A DNA stretch of 64,000 nt, from contig JBDLIV010000001.1 in the NCBI GenBank assembly GCA_039714675.1, positions 2,747 to 66,746 on the forward strand, given 5' to 3'. The stretch is from Thermodesulfobacteriota bacterium (lineage in GTDB: Bacteria > Desulfobacterota > Desulfobacteria > Desulfobacterales > Desulfobacteraceae). The translations under genes and the position numbers were made by a program. Positions 10,027 through 19,318 of the stretch are shown here, piece by piece; position 1 is the first letter of the stretch; every line of letters begins with the position of its first letter. The notes under the pieces are model-generated. The model was not told the DNA's origin, did no database searches, and saw only the letters and a list, made by a program, of their open reading frames with translations.

Positions 10027-10905
10027 TTATTGAATACGAAGGTTTAAAGATTTACGTGCTTCTTTAGCAGACATGACATTCCCGCCGAGGCGTTTAATAA
10101 TCTCAGCTGCATTTTCCACAAGCATTGCATTGGTAGCTAATTTACCCTTTGAAATATACAAATTATCCTCAAGGCCGACCCGGACATTTCCCCCAAGTAA
10201 AACAGACTGGGCAGCCATTCTCATCTGAGAAGCTCCAGCACCTAACGCCCCCCATATGCATCCTTCCGGAAGCATGTCAACCATGGCAATCATTGCTTTG
10301 GTCGTAGCTGGGACACCATATTTTACACCCATGCACAATTGAATAAGCGGTGGATCTTCAAAAAGGCCTTCATCAATAAATCTCTGTGTTGCCCAGAGAT
10401 CACCAAGGTCAAAGCATTCAATTTCAGGCTTGACCTTGATTTCCTTAAGTCTTTCTGCCATAAACCGCACATGCTCAGGAAGATTGCAATAAGCAGTATC
10501 AGCATAATTCATGATGGGTACATCTAAGGAACACACGTCCGGCATTGCTTCTTCAACATGCTCAAGGCGGCGCTCCGGCGACCAGAAATTGGTTTCAGGA
10601 GCTAGGCGGGAAGGATCTTTTAAATTAAAAAAAACATCCGTACCAATGGCTGTTGTTAGATTTATGATTACGTCTGTCCCATGCTGGCGTATTCTGTCAA
10701 CAACCTCCAGAAATAGAGCTTTATCTGTGGATTCAAGCCCTGTTTTTGGGTCGCGCACATGTATATGAACCATGGATGCCCCTGCTTTGGCAGCATTGTC
10801 AGCTTCTTTGGCAATCTGCTTTGGTGTAACCGGAACATTTGGATTTTTTTTGGTTGTATCGGAACCACCGGTTAAAGCACATGTGATAAAATAATTGTCT
10901 TTCAT
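10027..10905 (-). CDS. Beta-keto acid cleavage enzyme (BKACE/DUF849, Kce family)
   Basis: ITCALTG, VPVTPKQIA, HIHVRD (Zn ligands), KPEIECFD, RVGLEDN. Confidence 0.92.
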   Translation of the reverse strand: MKDNYFITCALTGGSDTTKKNPNVPVTPKQIAKEADNAAKAGASMVHIHVRDPKTGLESTDKALFLEVVDRIRQHGTDVIINLTTAIGTDVFFNLKDPSRLAPETNFWSPERRLEHVEEAMPDVCSLDVPIMNYADTAYCNLPEHVRFMAERLKEIKVKPEIECFDLGDLWATQRFIDEGLFEDPPLIQLCMGVKYGVPATTKAMIAMVDMLPEGCIWGALGAGASQMRMAAQSVLLGGNVRVGLEDNLYISKGKLATNAMLVENAAEIIKRLGGNVMSAKEARKSLNLRIQ

Positions 10906-11009
10906 AATAGTTCTCCTTATTTAGTTCCCGTAGAAAAACGTCTCTTTTGCCCGATTTCTGCGGCAATCAAAAATTTTAATTTTTTTATTTATAATATTAT
11001 GGAAATCTG

Positions 11010-11684
11010 TTAATTGCCGGTTTCACATATCACTCTTGCGTCAAGAGCCATTAATCTGTTTTCATATATTCGTACAGGGTTCAAATCCAGTTCTTTGATA
11101 TCCGGGTTTTCATTCAAGATGTTTGATACAGAGATCAATAAATCGGCAAGTGCTTCAAGGTCACGGGGGGACTGTCCCCTTACACCCTGCAACACGCTGT
11201 ATCCCTTTATTTCCCTGATCATTTTCCGTGCATCAATCCGTTTGAGAGGAACAAGACGAAACTTTACATCGTTTAACGCTTCTGTAAAGATGCCACCTAA
11301 ACCAAACATAACGGTTGGTCCAAAGTCCGGATCATGAAGCCCCCCTACAATCAGCTCTAGTCCCTCATCAGCCTGGCTGCAAACAAGCATTCCCTGGATA
11401 TCTGCATCAGGAACGGCTTCTCTCACCTGTTTCTCAATTGTTAAATAAGCCTGCCGCACTTCTTCCGGACTGTTCAGCCCTGTTGCGACTCCACCGGCAT
11501 CACTTTTATGAATAACGTTTTTGGCAGAAATTTTAAGAACAACAGGAAATCCAAGGGATTCAGCTATTTCAGCTGCCTCATCAGCCGTGCAGACAAGCTT
11601 ATGTTCTGGGTAGGGCACACCATATTGACCCAGTAATTTTACTGCCTCATCTTCTCGTAATAATTGTTTGTGTTTGCAATCCAT
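11010..11684 (-). CDS. ADP-forming acyl-CoA synthetase, beta (ATP-grasp) subunit
   Basis: GFPVVLKI...HKSDAGGV, FGPTVMFGLGG, ELDLNP. Confidence 0.9.
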   Translation of the reverse strand: MDCKHKQLLREDEAVKLLGQYGVPYPEHKLVCTADEAAEIAESLGFPVVLKISAKNVIHKSDAGGVATGLNSPEEVRQAYLTIEKQVREAVPDADIQGMLVCSQADEGLELIVGGLHDPDFGPTVMFGLGGIFTEALNDVKFRLVPLKRIDARKMIREIKGYSVLQGVRGQSPRDLEALADLLISVSNILNENPDIKELDLNPVRIYENRLMALDARVICETGN

Positions 11685-11685
11685 T

Positions 11686-13083
11686 TTATATTCTCTCCCC
11701 GGTCAAATCACGTGATCGTAAATACTCAGCCCTGTAGACAGATGCAGCAATACCGGTCAATGCTCTCTCCGGAGAAGCAAAGACAGGGAAACCTTCTCTT
11801 TGCAGCGCCAACCTGGTTTCCTGCTCTTCTGTTCCTCCTCCGATATAACTTACTGCAAGGCTTGCCTTAAGTTCGCTGTTCAGCGTTTTAATAAGATTGA
11901 TGCTGTCAGGGATAGGATCCCCAAAAGCAAGCAGGATAATATCGGCTGCATTATACTGGTCAACAAGACGGGCAGCCGTTAAAAAATGTTCGCCAATTGT
12001 TTCGACAAGATCCATTGGATTGGATAAATGTGCGAGAGGAGAAAACAAATCCAGATTTTTTAATTCAGTTTTTAATTCCTCCGGTAAAAGAGGCACAGTC
12101 AGACCATTTGATTCTGCCTCGTCAGTTGATAAAGTACAAATACCTCCTGAACTCGATACAATGAAAACACGTCTGCCTTTTGGAGCCCGGATGCCTCCCA
12201 TGCCTATTGCTGCATCATATAATTGCGTCAAATTATCTGTAGGAAAAGCACCATACTGGCGGCAGGCCGATTCAAAAACTTTGTAGTCTCCTGCCAATGC
12301 CCCTGTATGTGAAACAGCAGCCCGTATACCGGCCTTGGTCCGTCCTGATCTTAAAACAGCCACCGGTTTTTTTGGGACAGCACTTTCAATGGCTTTTAAA
12401 AATTTTTGGCCGTCTTTTATATCCTCAAGATATACAGCAATTGTTCCCGTATTTTCATCTTCAGAAAAATAATCAATATAATCTGATTCGCAAAGTTCTG
12501 TTTTGTTGCCCAGATTAATGGCCGCTGAAATTCCAAACTGGTCGGCTTCAGCCCATTCGGAAAGTCCTGATGTAACTGACCCGCTTTGCGAAATGATACA
12601 AAGGGGGCCTTGCACCTTGATAACCGGGAACATCATTGCACACATTTTGTTAGGCGGGTAATTAATCCCCTGTATATTCGGTCCCATGATTTTCATGTTA
12701 AATTTTTCAGCAACAGCCAGGATTTCATCCTCTAAATCCTGTCTTCCTGATTCCCGAAAACCGCCGGATAGGATGATAGCGCCTTTTGCTCCTTTTTCTG
12801 CTGCCTGCGCCATTATTCTCGGCACAATATCTGCCCGCACAATAATCACTACAGCATCCAGGGTATCCGGTATTTCATCCAGGTCGGTATATACCTTGAC
12901 ACCGCAGATCTCTCCTCCCCCGGGATTAACCGGATATAATTTCCCGTCAAAGCCGCCGTTGATAATGGTTTCCAGGGTTGTATATCCGTCCTTGAGAGGA
13001 TTGCTGGATACGCCGACAACAGCAAGTTTTCTTGCATTGAAAATTGCTTTGAGTGCGTCTGTTTTTTTTGTGTCTTCAGTCAA
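11686..13083 (-). CDS. ADP-forming acyl-CoA synthetase, alpha (CoA-binding) subunit
   Basis: SGGFRE, MGPN, ISQSG, SHTGALAG (phospho-His), NPMDL. TTG start after AGGAG. Confidence 0.9.
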   Translation of the reverse strand: MTEDTKKTDALKAIFNARKLAVVGVSSNPLKDGYTTLETIINGGFDGKLYPVNPGGGEICGVKVYTDLDEIPDTLDAVVIIVRADIVPRIMAQAAEKGAKGAIILSGGFRESGRQDLEDEILAVAEKFNMKIMGPNIQGINYPPNKMCAMMFPVIKVQGPLCIISQSGSVTSGLSEWAEADQFGISAAINLGNKTELCESDYIDYFSEDENTGTIAVYLEDIKDGQKFLKAIESAVPKKPVAVLRSGRTKAGIRAAVSHTGALAGDYKVFESACRQYGAFPTDNLTQLYDAAIGMGGIRAPKGRRVFIVSSSGGICTLSTDEAESNGLTVPLLPEELKTELKNLDLFSPLAHLSNPMDLVETIGEHFLTAARLVDQYNAADIILLAFGDPIPDSINLIKTLNSELKASLAVSYIGGGTEEQETRLALQREGFPVFASPERALTGIAASVYRAEYLRSRDLTGERI

Positions 13084-13110
13084 AGTTTTTCTCCTGTCTA
13101 TGTTAAAATT

Positions 13111-14592
13111 TTAACTCCAGTTATGCTCAAACACAGTAAATGGAGGCTGATCCAGCGGCCAAAGAGGACGATGCAATGCCTTGAACCGGATTTTATCGGC
13201 AGGTTGATTCCCCGAAGCATCCGGTAAAACACTGTAAACCACTTTTTTTGCAAGCTCTGAAAATGTCGTATAAAAATGCTGTGCAGACTTTACGACAATC
13301 AATTTTCTGGATTCCAGTTCAATATTTAAGTTGGTAAAACATTCAGGGCTCAATACCTGTTGGCGAACACTGCCTATAACAATCTGGATACCATTGGCTT
13401 CGACAGCAACTGCCGGGCCGAATGAATCACGCTCTCCCATGGCCCATTGCCACAGGTCATCGGTGATACCAGTCACCGTGGCTTCTATATCCATTGGTTG
13501 TCCCGACATTGGCCCCATTTTTCCTCCCACACGAAGAGGGAATGTGGTTCCAAGCCCGGCTGCTGTGGCCATTTGTACAGCTATCGGGTCCCATATCACG
13601 CCAATGACGGCATCTTTTACTCCCTGAGCCAGCATCTGTTCCAAAAGCTGGGTGGCATCGCCTGCTGCGCCGCCGCCTGGATTATCAGTCATGTCAGCAA
13701 TTACGACGGGTCCTTCCGGGGCTGCAAGAGCCTGAGTCAATGCTTCCCCATGGGAAAGGCCAGGGGCTTTTATTTCTTCCCTAAGATTGAAAAATCGTTG
13801 TGCAAGGGTATCTGCAACATGCTGAGCCTTTTCCTGATCATCATCGGTTACAACCAGAACCCCGGAACCGACCCCTGCAAAATCAGCCTTTATAAAACCA
13901 TGGGTCAAAGAAATAGATAAAATCCCGTCACAGCCTTCCATTGCCATGATTTCATCTACAAATCCTCTCAGGGGCTGACGGGTAGTGTGAAAATTGCCGC
14001 ACATCGGCACTCTGGCATGGGCCATTTTTGGATTACATTCACCTTTTGCGGTCTGCTCCAGCAACTTGACAATTTCAACTGCCCGCTCACCAAAATCCGT
14101 GTGGGGATACTCTTTGCAGGCCATAAGAATAGTAGTGTTTTCCACCATTTCCCGGGTGACGTTGCCATGCAGATCAAACTCGACTCCAACAGGCACATCC
14201 GGGCCTGCAATTTTGCGTATATGTGCCAGAATATCGCCTTCACAATCATCATAGCCGTGGGCAACCATGGCGCCATGGAGAAACAGCACCACAAAATCAA
14301 CCGGCATGGCAGCTTTCAGGTTATGTAGTAATTCATCTCTCAACAGCTTATAATCTTCCTTAACCATGGGAGCCCCCGGCTGGGCATCAGCTGCAACACC
14401 AATTGTGACATCATGGCCACGCCTTAAGCAGATTGCACCGACATTGTCGCTGTCCTTTGCATATTCTAAAAGTTCTGCTCCCTCGCCGGTTGAAGGAAGA
14501 TAAAGAAAACCTTCCCGGCAGGAATCCAGGCTTGTTGGAATCGGAGAAGACCGGTCAGTTTCATGACTTATTTGTGCACTGAATACTTTCAT
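13111..14592 (-). CDS. M81/MlrC-family metallopeptidase (paralogue 1)
   Basis: HETD, LHGAM, FDLHGN, YPHTD, DNPGGG, VVKS. Start moved to ATG 14592 (MKVFSAQ), which aligns with paralogue 2 and removes the overlap with the upstream gene. Confidence 0.9.
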   Translation of the reverse strand: MKVFSAQISHETDRSSPIPTSLDSCREGFLYLPSTGEGAELLEYAKDSDNVGAICLRRGHDVTIGVAADAQPGAPMVKEDYKLLRDELLHNLKAAMPVDFVVLFLHGAMVAHGYDDCEGDILAHIRKIAGPDVPVGVEFDLHGNVTREMVENTTILMACKEYPHTDFGERAVEIVKLLEQTAKGECNPKMAHARVPMCGNFHTTRQPLRGFVDEIMAMEGCDGILSISLTHGFIKADFAGVGSGVLVVTDDDQEKAQHVADTLAQRFFNLREEIKAPGLSHGEALTQALAAPEGPVVIADMTDNPGGGAAGDATQLLEQMLAQGVKDAVIGVIWDPIAVQMATAAGLGTTFPLRVGGKMGPMSGQPMDIEATVTGITDDLWQWAMGERDSFGPAVAVEANGIQIVIGSVRQQVLSPECFTNLNIELESRKLIVVKSAQHFYTTFSELAKKVVYSVLPDASGNQPADKIRFKALHRPLWPLDQPPFTVFEHNWS

Positions 14593-14614
14593 TCTTATTA
14601 TTCCAAAATTTACT

Positions 14615-16027
14615 TTAAGCTGTAGCGGCCTGATCCAGGCGTTTAAGTGCACGTTCCCCGGAATGGAGATGTCCGGGACGGCCTTCACTGTCAAAATTAA
14701 TAAAATGCATAATCATCGGCGGCATTCCAGGGATGACAGATACCTGGAAAATTTCTTTTGTGACCGGCGTGACATTAAAAGTCATAGGCATGGGAACATT
14801 GTCTTCTCCATCCTTTGATGATACCAGGGCAGTCAGTTTATCATTTTTGTAATCAACCTTGACTTCCATGCCATAGCGGCGAAAGGTTCCTGTATACTTT
14901 GATAAATCAAGCTTGAGTGCAGGATCAGGCTCAGGCGTGCCCGGCAGTTCCACATCAGCAAGTTCTTTAAGAAGTTTGGCAAAAACAGAGCGGAAAATGA
15001 GTGCTCCAGTGTCTCCTCCATTCCCTGACATGGCAATGGCAACACCTTTTTCAGGAATAATGCGAAGAAAAGTACCCATACTGGCAGTACCACCATCATG
15101 ACCAATCACATTCTGACCGCTCCAGTCAAAACGCATCCAGCCCAGGCCCCAGGCTTTGTACCGGAGACTGTACGGGATATCCACCTGTACTTCCTGCATT
15201 TTTTTAACACTCTCTTTTGAAAGAATCCGGGTTCCATCTGCCGCCACTCCCCCGTTGAGGTGCATCTGCACAAAGTGAATCAGCTCTGTCGGAGACACGG
15301 CAATAACTGAACCGGCAGGACCGACTGAACGCCTGTATTTTCCGTCCACTTTCCACTCTCCATTGGGTGGTGCCGGCCACTCGGCCAATGGTTCGTGTCC
15401 AACAGCTGAGGTAAAATGCAGTTCCCGCTCGGGAAGAGCTGCACAATAGCACATCCCCAATGGTTTAAACACGGATTGTTCAAGAGTCTCTTCCCAGATT
15501 TTGCCCGTTAGTTTTTCAATTAATCTTCCCAGTAATGAAAACCCGGCATTGCAATAGGAAAAAATTTGTCCCGGGTCATGAACAGTAGAAATTTTTTTGC
15601 AGGCCTTTGCATATTTTTTCAGGCAATCATCTCCACGGCCGGTATCTTCAAAAAAATCCCCCATAATACCGCTGGTATGGCTGAGCAGCTGCCGTATGGT
15701 TATGGTCTTCCTGGCTTTTTCATCTTGCAGTTCAAACTCGGGAACATAGTGACTATAAGGCATATCAAGGTCAACTTTTCCCTGATCCACAAGCTGCATA
15801 ACCTGTGTAGCTGTAAACAATTTGCTGACCGAACCGATATGAAACAATGTGTCTGACGTTACTTTGATATTAGTATTAACATTGGTTATTCCCGCAGCTG
15901 CCCGGTAAATCTCACCCTTATAAAGAACAGCAATTGATGCACCTGGAACTTGAGTCTCCTTGAGACTTTGTTCAAGATCCTTTTGAAGATTTTTCAAAAT
16001 GGTTTTTATGGCAAGCGGCATAGGCAT
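14615..16027 (-). CDS. Serine hydrolase, beta-lactamase class C / S12 peptidase family
   Basis: SxxK (GSVSK), LLSHTSG, YxN (YCN), GHDGG; no signal peptide. Confidence 0.9.
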   Translation of the reverse strand: MPMPLAIKTILKNLQKDLEQSLKETQVPGASIAVLYKGEIYRAAAGITNVNTNIKVTSDTLFHIGSVSKLFTATQVMQLVDQGKVDLDMPYSHYVPEFELQDEKARKTITIRQLLSHTSGIMGDFFEDTGRGDDCLKKYAKACKKISTVHDPGQIFSYCNAGFSLLGRLIEKLTGKIWEETLEQSVFKPLGMCYCAALPERELHFTSAVGHEPLAEWPAPPNGEWKVDGKYRRSVGPAGSVIAVSPTELIHFVQMHLNGGVAADGTRILSKESVKKMQEVQVDIPYSLRYKAWGLGWMRFDWSGQNVIGHDGGTASMGTFLRIIPEKGVAIAMSGNGGDTGALIFRSVFAKLLKELADVELPGTPEPDPALKLDLSKYTGTFRRYGMEVKVDYKNDKLTALVSSKDGEDNVPMPMTFNVTPVTKEIFQVSVIPGMPPMIMHFINFDSEGRPGHLHSGERALKRLDQAATA

Positions 16028-16064
16028 GATTTTTCTCCTGTTTTCTACTTAAGTAAATACAACC

Positions 16065-16098
16065 TTGACATTATGTCTTTTCATTTTTGACATGTCAA
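16065..16098 (-). promoter_or_regulatory. Paired operator boxes overlapping a sigma70-type promoter for the 16027->4830 operon
   Basis: TTGACATTATGT-N10-TTGACATGTCAA. On the minus strand it reads TTGACA-17 nt-CATAAT. Confidence 0.75.
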
Positions 16099-16114
16099 GA
16101 AAATTATATGATAT

Positions 16115-17473
16115 TTATACTATCTTTTCTTTCCATTTGCCCCTGCTAAACCAAAGAGTTACACCAATCCCTTCAATTGCAAGGGAAACTGTTACTCCCC
16201 ACCATACATAATCAATTGATAAACCCAGATAATATGTGGCAATATAAGCTGTACCGATTTTACCTGCCCAGTTTGCAATAAATGATGTAATCATGGGTGG
16301 CATGGTATCTCCGGCCCCATTGAACGCAGCCGTATATATTGCAAGTGGCACAGCAAAATACATACCCGTCAGTATGATAATCAAAAACCCTGCTCCTGCA
16401 TTGATAACTTCAGGGTTCATAGAGAAAATTCCAATTGCAATTCTTACAGACGGTAAAAAAACAAGAAGAATAATTGTCATGATAATATACCCGAATTTTA
16501 ATCCTGCATTCACTATATTCTTTACACTTTCATAATCTTTTTTGCCAAGGTTCAGACCTGCAAGCGTTGATATGGCAATTCGCATCCCTTCTAAAAATAT
16601 GAAGATCAGGGATACCCACTGCATGGCAAAACTGAAAGCTGCTAAATATGCGGTGCCGTGGAAAACAATTATTTTTTGAAGAAAAACACCCGATAAAGGC
16701 CTTGAAAAACTGTTCATACCGCTCCAGATTCCAATTTTTAAAATCCTTTTCATCATATTAAGCTGAGGCCGGATAAAAAACAGTTTTTGTAATTTAATGG
16801 TTTTATAATGGTACAATTTATAATAAATCCACACAAAAGCTGCGATTTCCGAGAACACGGTCGCCATTGCAGCTCCATTAACTCCCAGGGAAGGTATGGG
16901 TCCTGATCCGAAAATGAGAACAGGATCAAGAACAAGATTTATTAAGCTCATTCCTGAAAAAACAAACATAGGCGTTTTGGTGTTTCCGGAAGACTGGAAA
17001 ATTGCACCTGCAACACTTCCAAACATCATAAAAGGGAAACCCGTCATAAGAATTTTAAAATAACTGATTCCAATTGCCTCTACAACAGGTTCGGCCTGAT
17101 AAAAGCCAATGAGTTCACCTGAAAAAAGAAAACATGCTGCGGCCACTATACAACCCAGAACTATGGAAAGCAGTAAGGATTGTTCAGCGCTTTCAACTGC
17201 ATCCTTATAATTTGCCTCTCCAATTTTTCTTGAAACCAGTGCAATTGTCCCGCCTGTAATCAATGAGGTAAAAGTAATCAAAGTCCAGATCAGTGCGCCG
17301 CTGAGACTTGAACCTGCAGCCTCGTTTATTCCAAGTTTTCCGATAAAAAACCTGTCGGCAAAATTCAAAACGGCAAACATCACCTGGCCAAGCATAACAG
17401 GAAAAGCCAGTTTTACTATTTTAGAGATATACTTGTCTCTGGAAAACAGTTTTTTTATAAATTTCAAAGTCAT
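16115..17473 (-). CDS. MATE-family transporter
   Basis: About 12 hydrophobic segments; DRFFIG, GNTKTPM, LGVNGAAMAT, GDTMPPM. Confidence 0.9.
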   Translation of the reverse strand: MTLKFIKKLFSRDKYISKIVKLAFPVMLGQVMFAVLNFADRFFIGKLGINEAAGSSLSGALIWTLITFTSLITGGTIALVSRKIGEANYKDAVESAEQSLLLSIVLGCIVAAACFLFSGELIGFYQAEPVVEAIGISYFKILMTGFPFMMFGSVAGAIFQSSGNTKTPMFVFSGMSLINLVLDPVLIFGSGPIPSLGVNGAAMATVFSEIAAFVWIYYKLYHYKTIKLQKLFFIRPQLNMMKRILKIGIWSGMNSFSRPLSGVFLQKIIVFHGTAYLAAFSFAMQWVSLIFIFLEGMRIAISTLAGLNLGKKDYESVKNIVNAGLKFGYIIMTIILLVFLPSVRIAIGIFSMNPEVINAGAGFLIIILTGMYFAVPLAIYTAAFNGAGDTMPPMITSFIANWAGKIGTAYIATYYLGLSIDYVWWGVTVSLAIEGIGVTLWFSRGKWKEKIV

Positions 17474-17642
17474 TCAATTATTTATATTTATATGGAAAAA
17501 TCTATCTGAATTCTATACCCTAAAGGGCAGAAACTATTTCTTTAATGTTTTGTTGTGGGCAAACCGGGAGAAATAGCAGACCTGCCCGTAGCAGTTAGTC
17601 AGCACCAATAAGAGAAAAAGGTGATTTAATTATTTGATACTT

Positions 17643-19121
17643 TCAGCTCCATTCCCGGTCAAATACAGTAAATGGTACTTTGTCAATGGGCCATACAGGG
17701 CGTGTAATATTTTTAAATGGTATTTTTGTAAAATTTTTGCTTACAGTACCCGGAGGTGTTGCATAAATAATGTCAGAAGAAAAAGGAGAAAAAGTTTCAT
17801 GAAAATGCTGGTGGGATTTTACTACAAGCAGTTTTTTCTCCAGAGGATCTATCCCGAGCTTTGTAAAACATTCAGGCGTAAATGTCTGCTGGCGCAAAGA
17901 GTTAAGAACAATTTGAACTCCATCAACCTCAACAGCCGCGCAAAGTCCTAATGAATGATCCTGGCCCTGGGCGTATTGGGTCGGGTTTTCTGCCAGAGCA
18001 ATAACTTTTATCCGGATATCCACAGGATTTCCTGACATGGGGCCTGCCTTGCCGCCGATCCTTAAAGAGATTTGCGCGCCTATGCCTGCATTGGTGGCCA
18101 TTTGAACAGCTACAGGATCCCATATCATTGCTAGAGCCACATCTTTCATGCCCCGGTTAAGTATTTCACGGAGAATAAATGTGGAATCTCCGGCCGCACC
18201 TCCGCCAGGATTATCAGTGATATCCGCAATTGTAACAGGCCACTTGTCCGCTGCTGCTGCACGATCAAGAGCCTCAGCAACGCTTAACATAGGGGCTTTG
18301 ATTTTATGCCTGAGACCAAAAAAACGTTTGGCAATATCTTCAGCCATGTTGTTGGCTTTGGCCTTGTCATTATCAGTTACAACAAGAACACCTGCTCCGG
18401 CCTCTGGGATGTCTGACCAGGGAAATCCATGGCCAAGAGATATAGACAGAACACCTTCTTTGCCTTCAAGAGCTATCATTTCATCAACAAAGGAGCGCAT
18501 GGGTTCCCGTGTGGTAAAGAAACTGCCGAACATCGGCACCCGCACGAATGCAGATGCGGGTTTGCATTTTTTTTTTATTACCTGTTCCATAATGTCCACA
18601 AGTTCAACAGCCCGGTCCCCGAAATCCGTATGAGGATATTCCTTGCAAGCTATCAATACATCACAGTTGTCTATCATTTTGTCTGTTATATTGCCGTGCA
18701 GGTCTATTTCAATTCCAATGGGCACATCAGGCCCGACAATTGCCCGGACACTCTGAATTATATCTCCTTCACAATCATTGCAGCCTTCGGCAACCTGAGC
18801 GCCGTGCAGAAACATAAGAACCATATCAACCGGCAGGGCAGCTTTTAAATTATTAATGATTTCATCTTTCAGCAGCTTGTAATCACCTGCATTGAGCGGG
18901 CGGCTGGGCTGGGCAAAAGCAAGCAACCCGAGATGAATTTCGTGCCCCCTGGCAAGGGCAATAGCACCGACATCCTCATTATCAACAGGGCCGTTAAGTA
19001 TCTCTTTGCCCTCACCGGTTGACGGCATATATAAAAGTCCTTCCCTGTAATTATCCAGTGATGTGGGAATAGGGGAGAAAACATTGGTTTCATGACCAAT
19101 ACTTGTGCAATATATTTTCAT
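17643..19121 (-). CDS. M81/MlrC-family metallopeptidase (paralogue 2)
   Basis: HETNVFSP, LHGA, IDLHGN, YPHTD, DNPGGG, VVKS. Confidence 0.92.
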   Translation of the reverse strand: MKIYCTSIGHETNVFSPIPTSLDNYREGLLYMPSTGEGKEILNGPVDNEDVGAIALARGHEIHLGLLAFAQPSRPLNAGDYKLLKDEIINNLKAALPVDMVLMFLHGAQVAEGCNDCEGDIIQSVRAIVGPDVPIGIEIDLHGNITDKMIDNCDVLIACKEYPHTDFGDRAVELVDIMEQVIKKKCKPASAFVRVPMFGSFFTTREPMRSFVDEMIALEGKEGVLSISLGHGFPWSDIPEAGAGVLVVTDNDKAKANNMAEDIAKRFFGLRHKIKAPMLSVAEALDRAAAADKWPVTIADITDNPGGGAAGDSTFILREILNRGMKDVALAMIWDPVAVQMATNAGIGAQISLRIGGKAGPMSGNPVDIRIKVIALAENPTQYAQGQDHSLGLCAAVEVDGVQIVLNSLRQQTFTPECFTKLGIDPLEKKLLVVKSHQHFHETFSPFSSDIIYATPPGTVSKNFTKIPFKNITRPVWPIDKVPFTVFDREWS

Positions 19122-19243
19122 TTAAGTGCTCCTTAAATTATCTTGATCAAACTTATTTTATTTTTTTCAAACAAGGTGCAAGCTAATAATTTCAGCTGTT
19201 TCAGCTGTTGTATTGTTGTTATAAAAATTCTACAAAAAATACC

Positions 19244-19277
19244 TTGACATTGTATTTTCATTTTTCTAACATGTCAA
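19244..19277. promoter_or_regulatory. Paired operator boxes / overlapping divergent promoters
   Basis: TTGACATTGTAT-N10-CTAACATGTCAA. Plus strand TTGACA-17-TAACAT; minus strand TTGACA-17-TACAAT. Lies between divergent genes. Confidence 0.75.
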
Positions 19278-19318
19278 TCAAATTATATATGACTATGGTA
19301 AAATTATAAGGAATTTGT

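Noticed and set aside
14593-14694. 34-aa N-terminal extension of M81 paralogue 1 in the ORF track (likewise the 14-aa extension at 46205-46246)
   Set aside because: They overlap the upstream genes; downstream ATGs at 14592 and 46247 fit the family N-termini.
14615-16027. Beta-lactam resistance gene
   Set aside because: No signal peptide, HDG rather than KTG, and catabolic operon context; an S12 amidase/esterase is more likely.
17557-17600. GGGCAAACC resembling the start of a c-di-GMP-I riboswitch
   Set aside because: The GNRA-capped stem and GCAAAGC/receptor elements are missing, and it is on the non-coding strand.
19190-19207. Tandem TTTCAGCTG x2
   Set aside because: Only two copies, not noticed at other promoters; could be chance.
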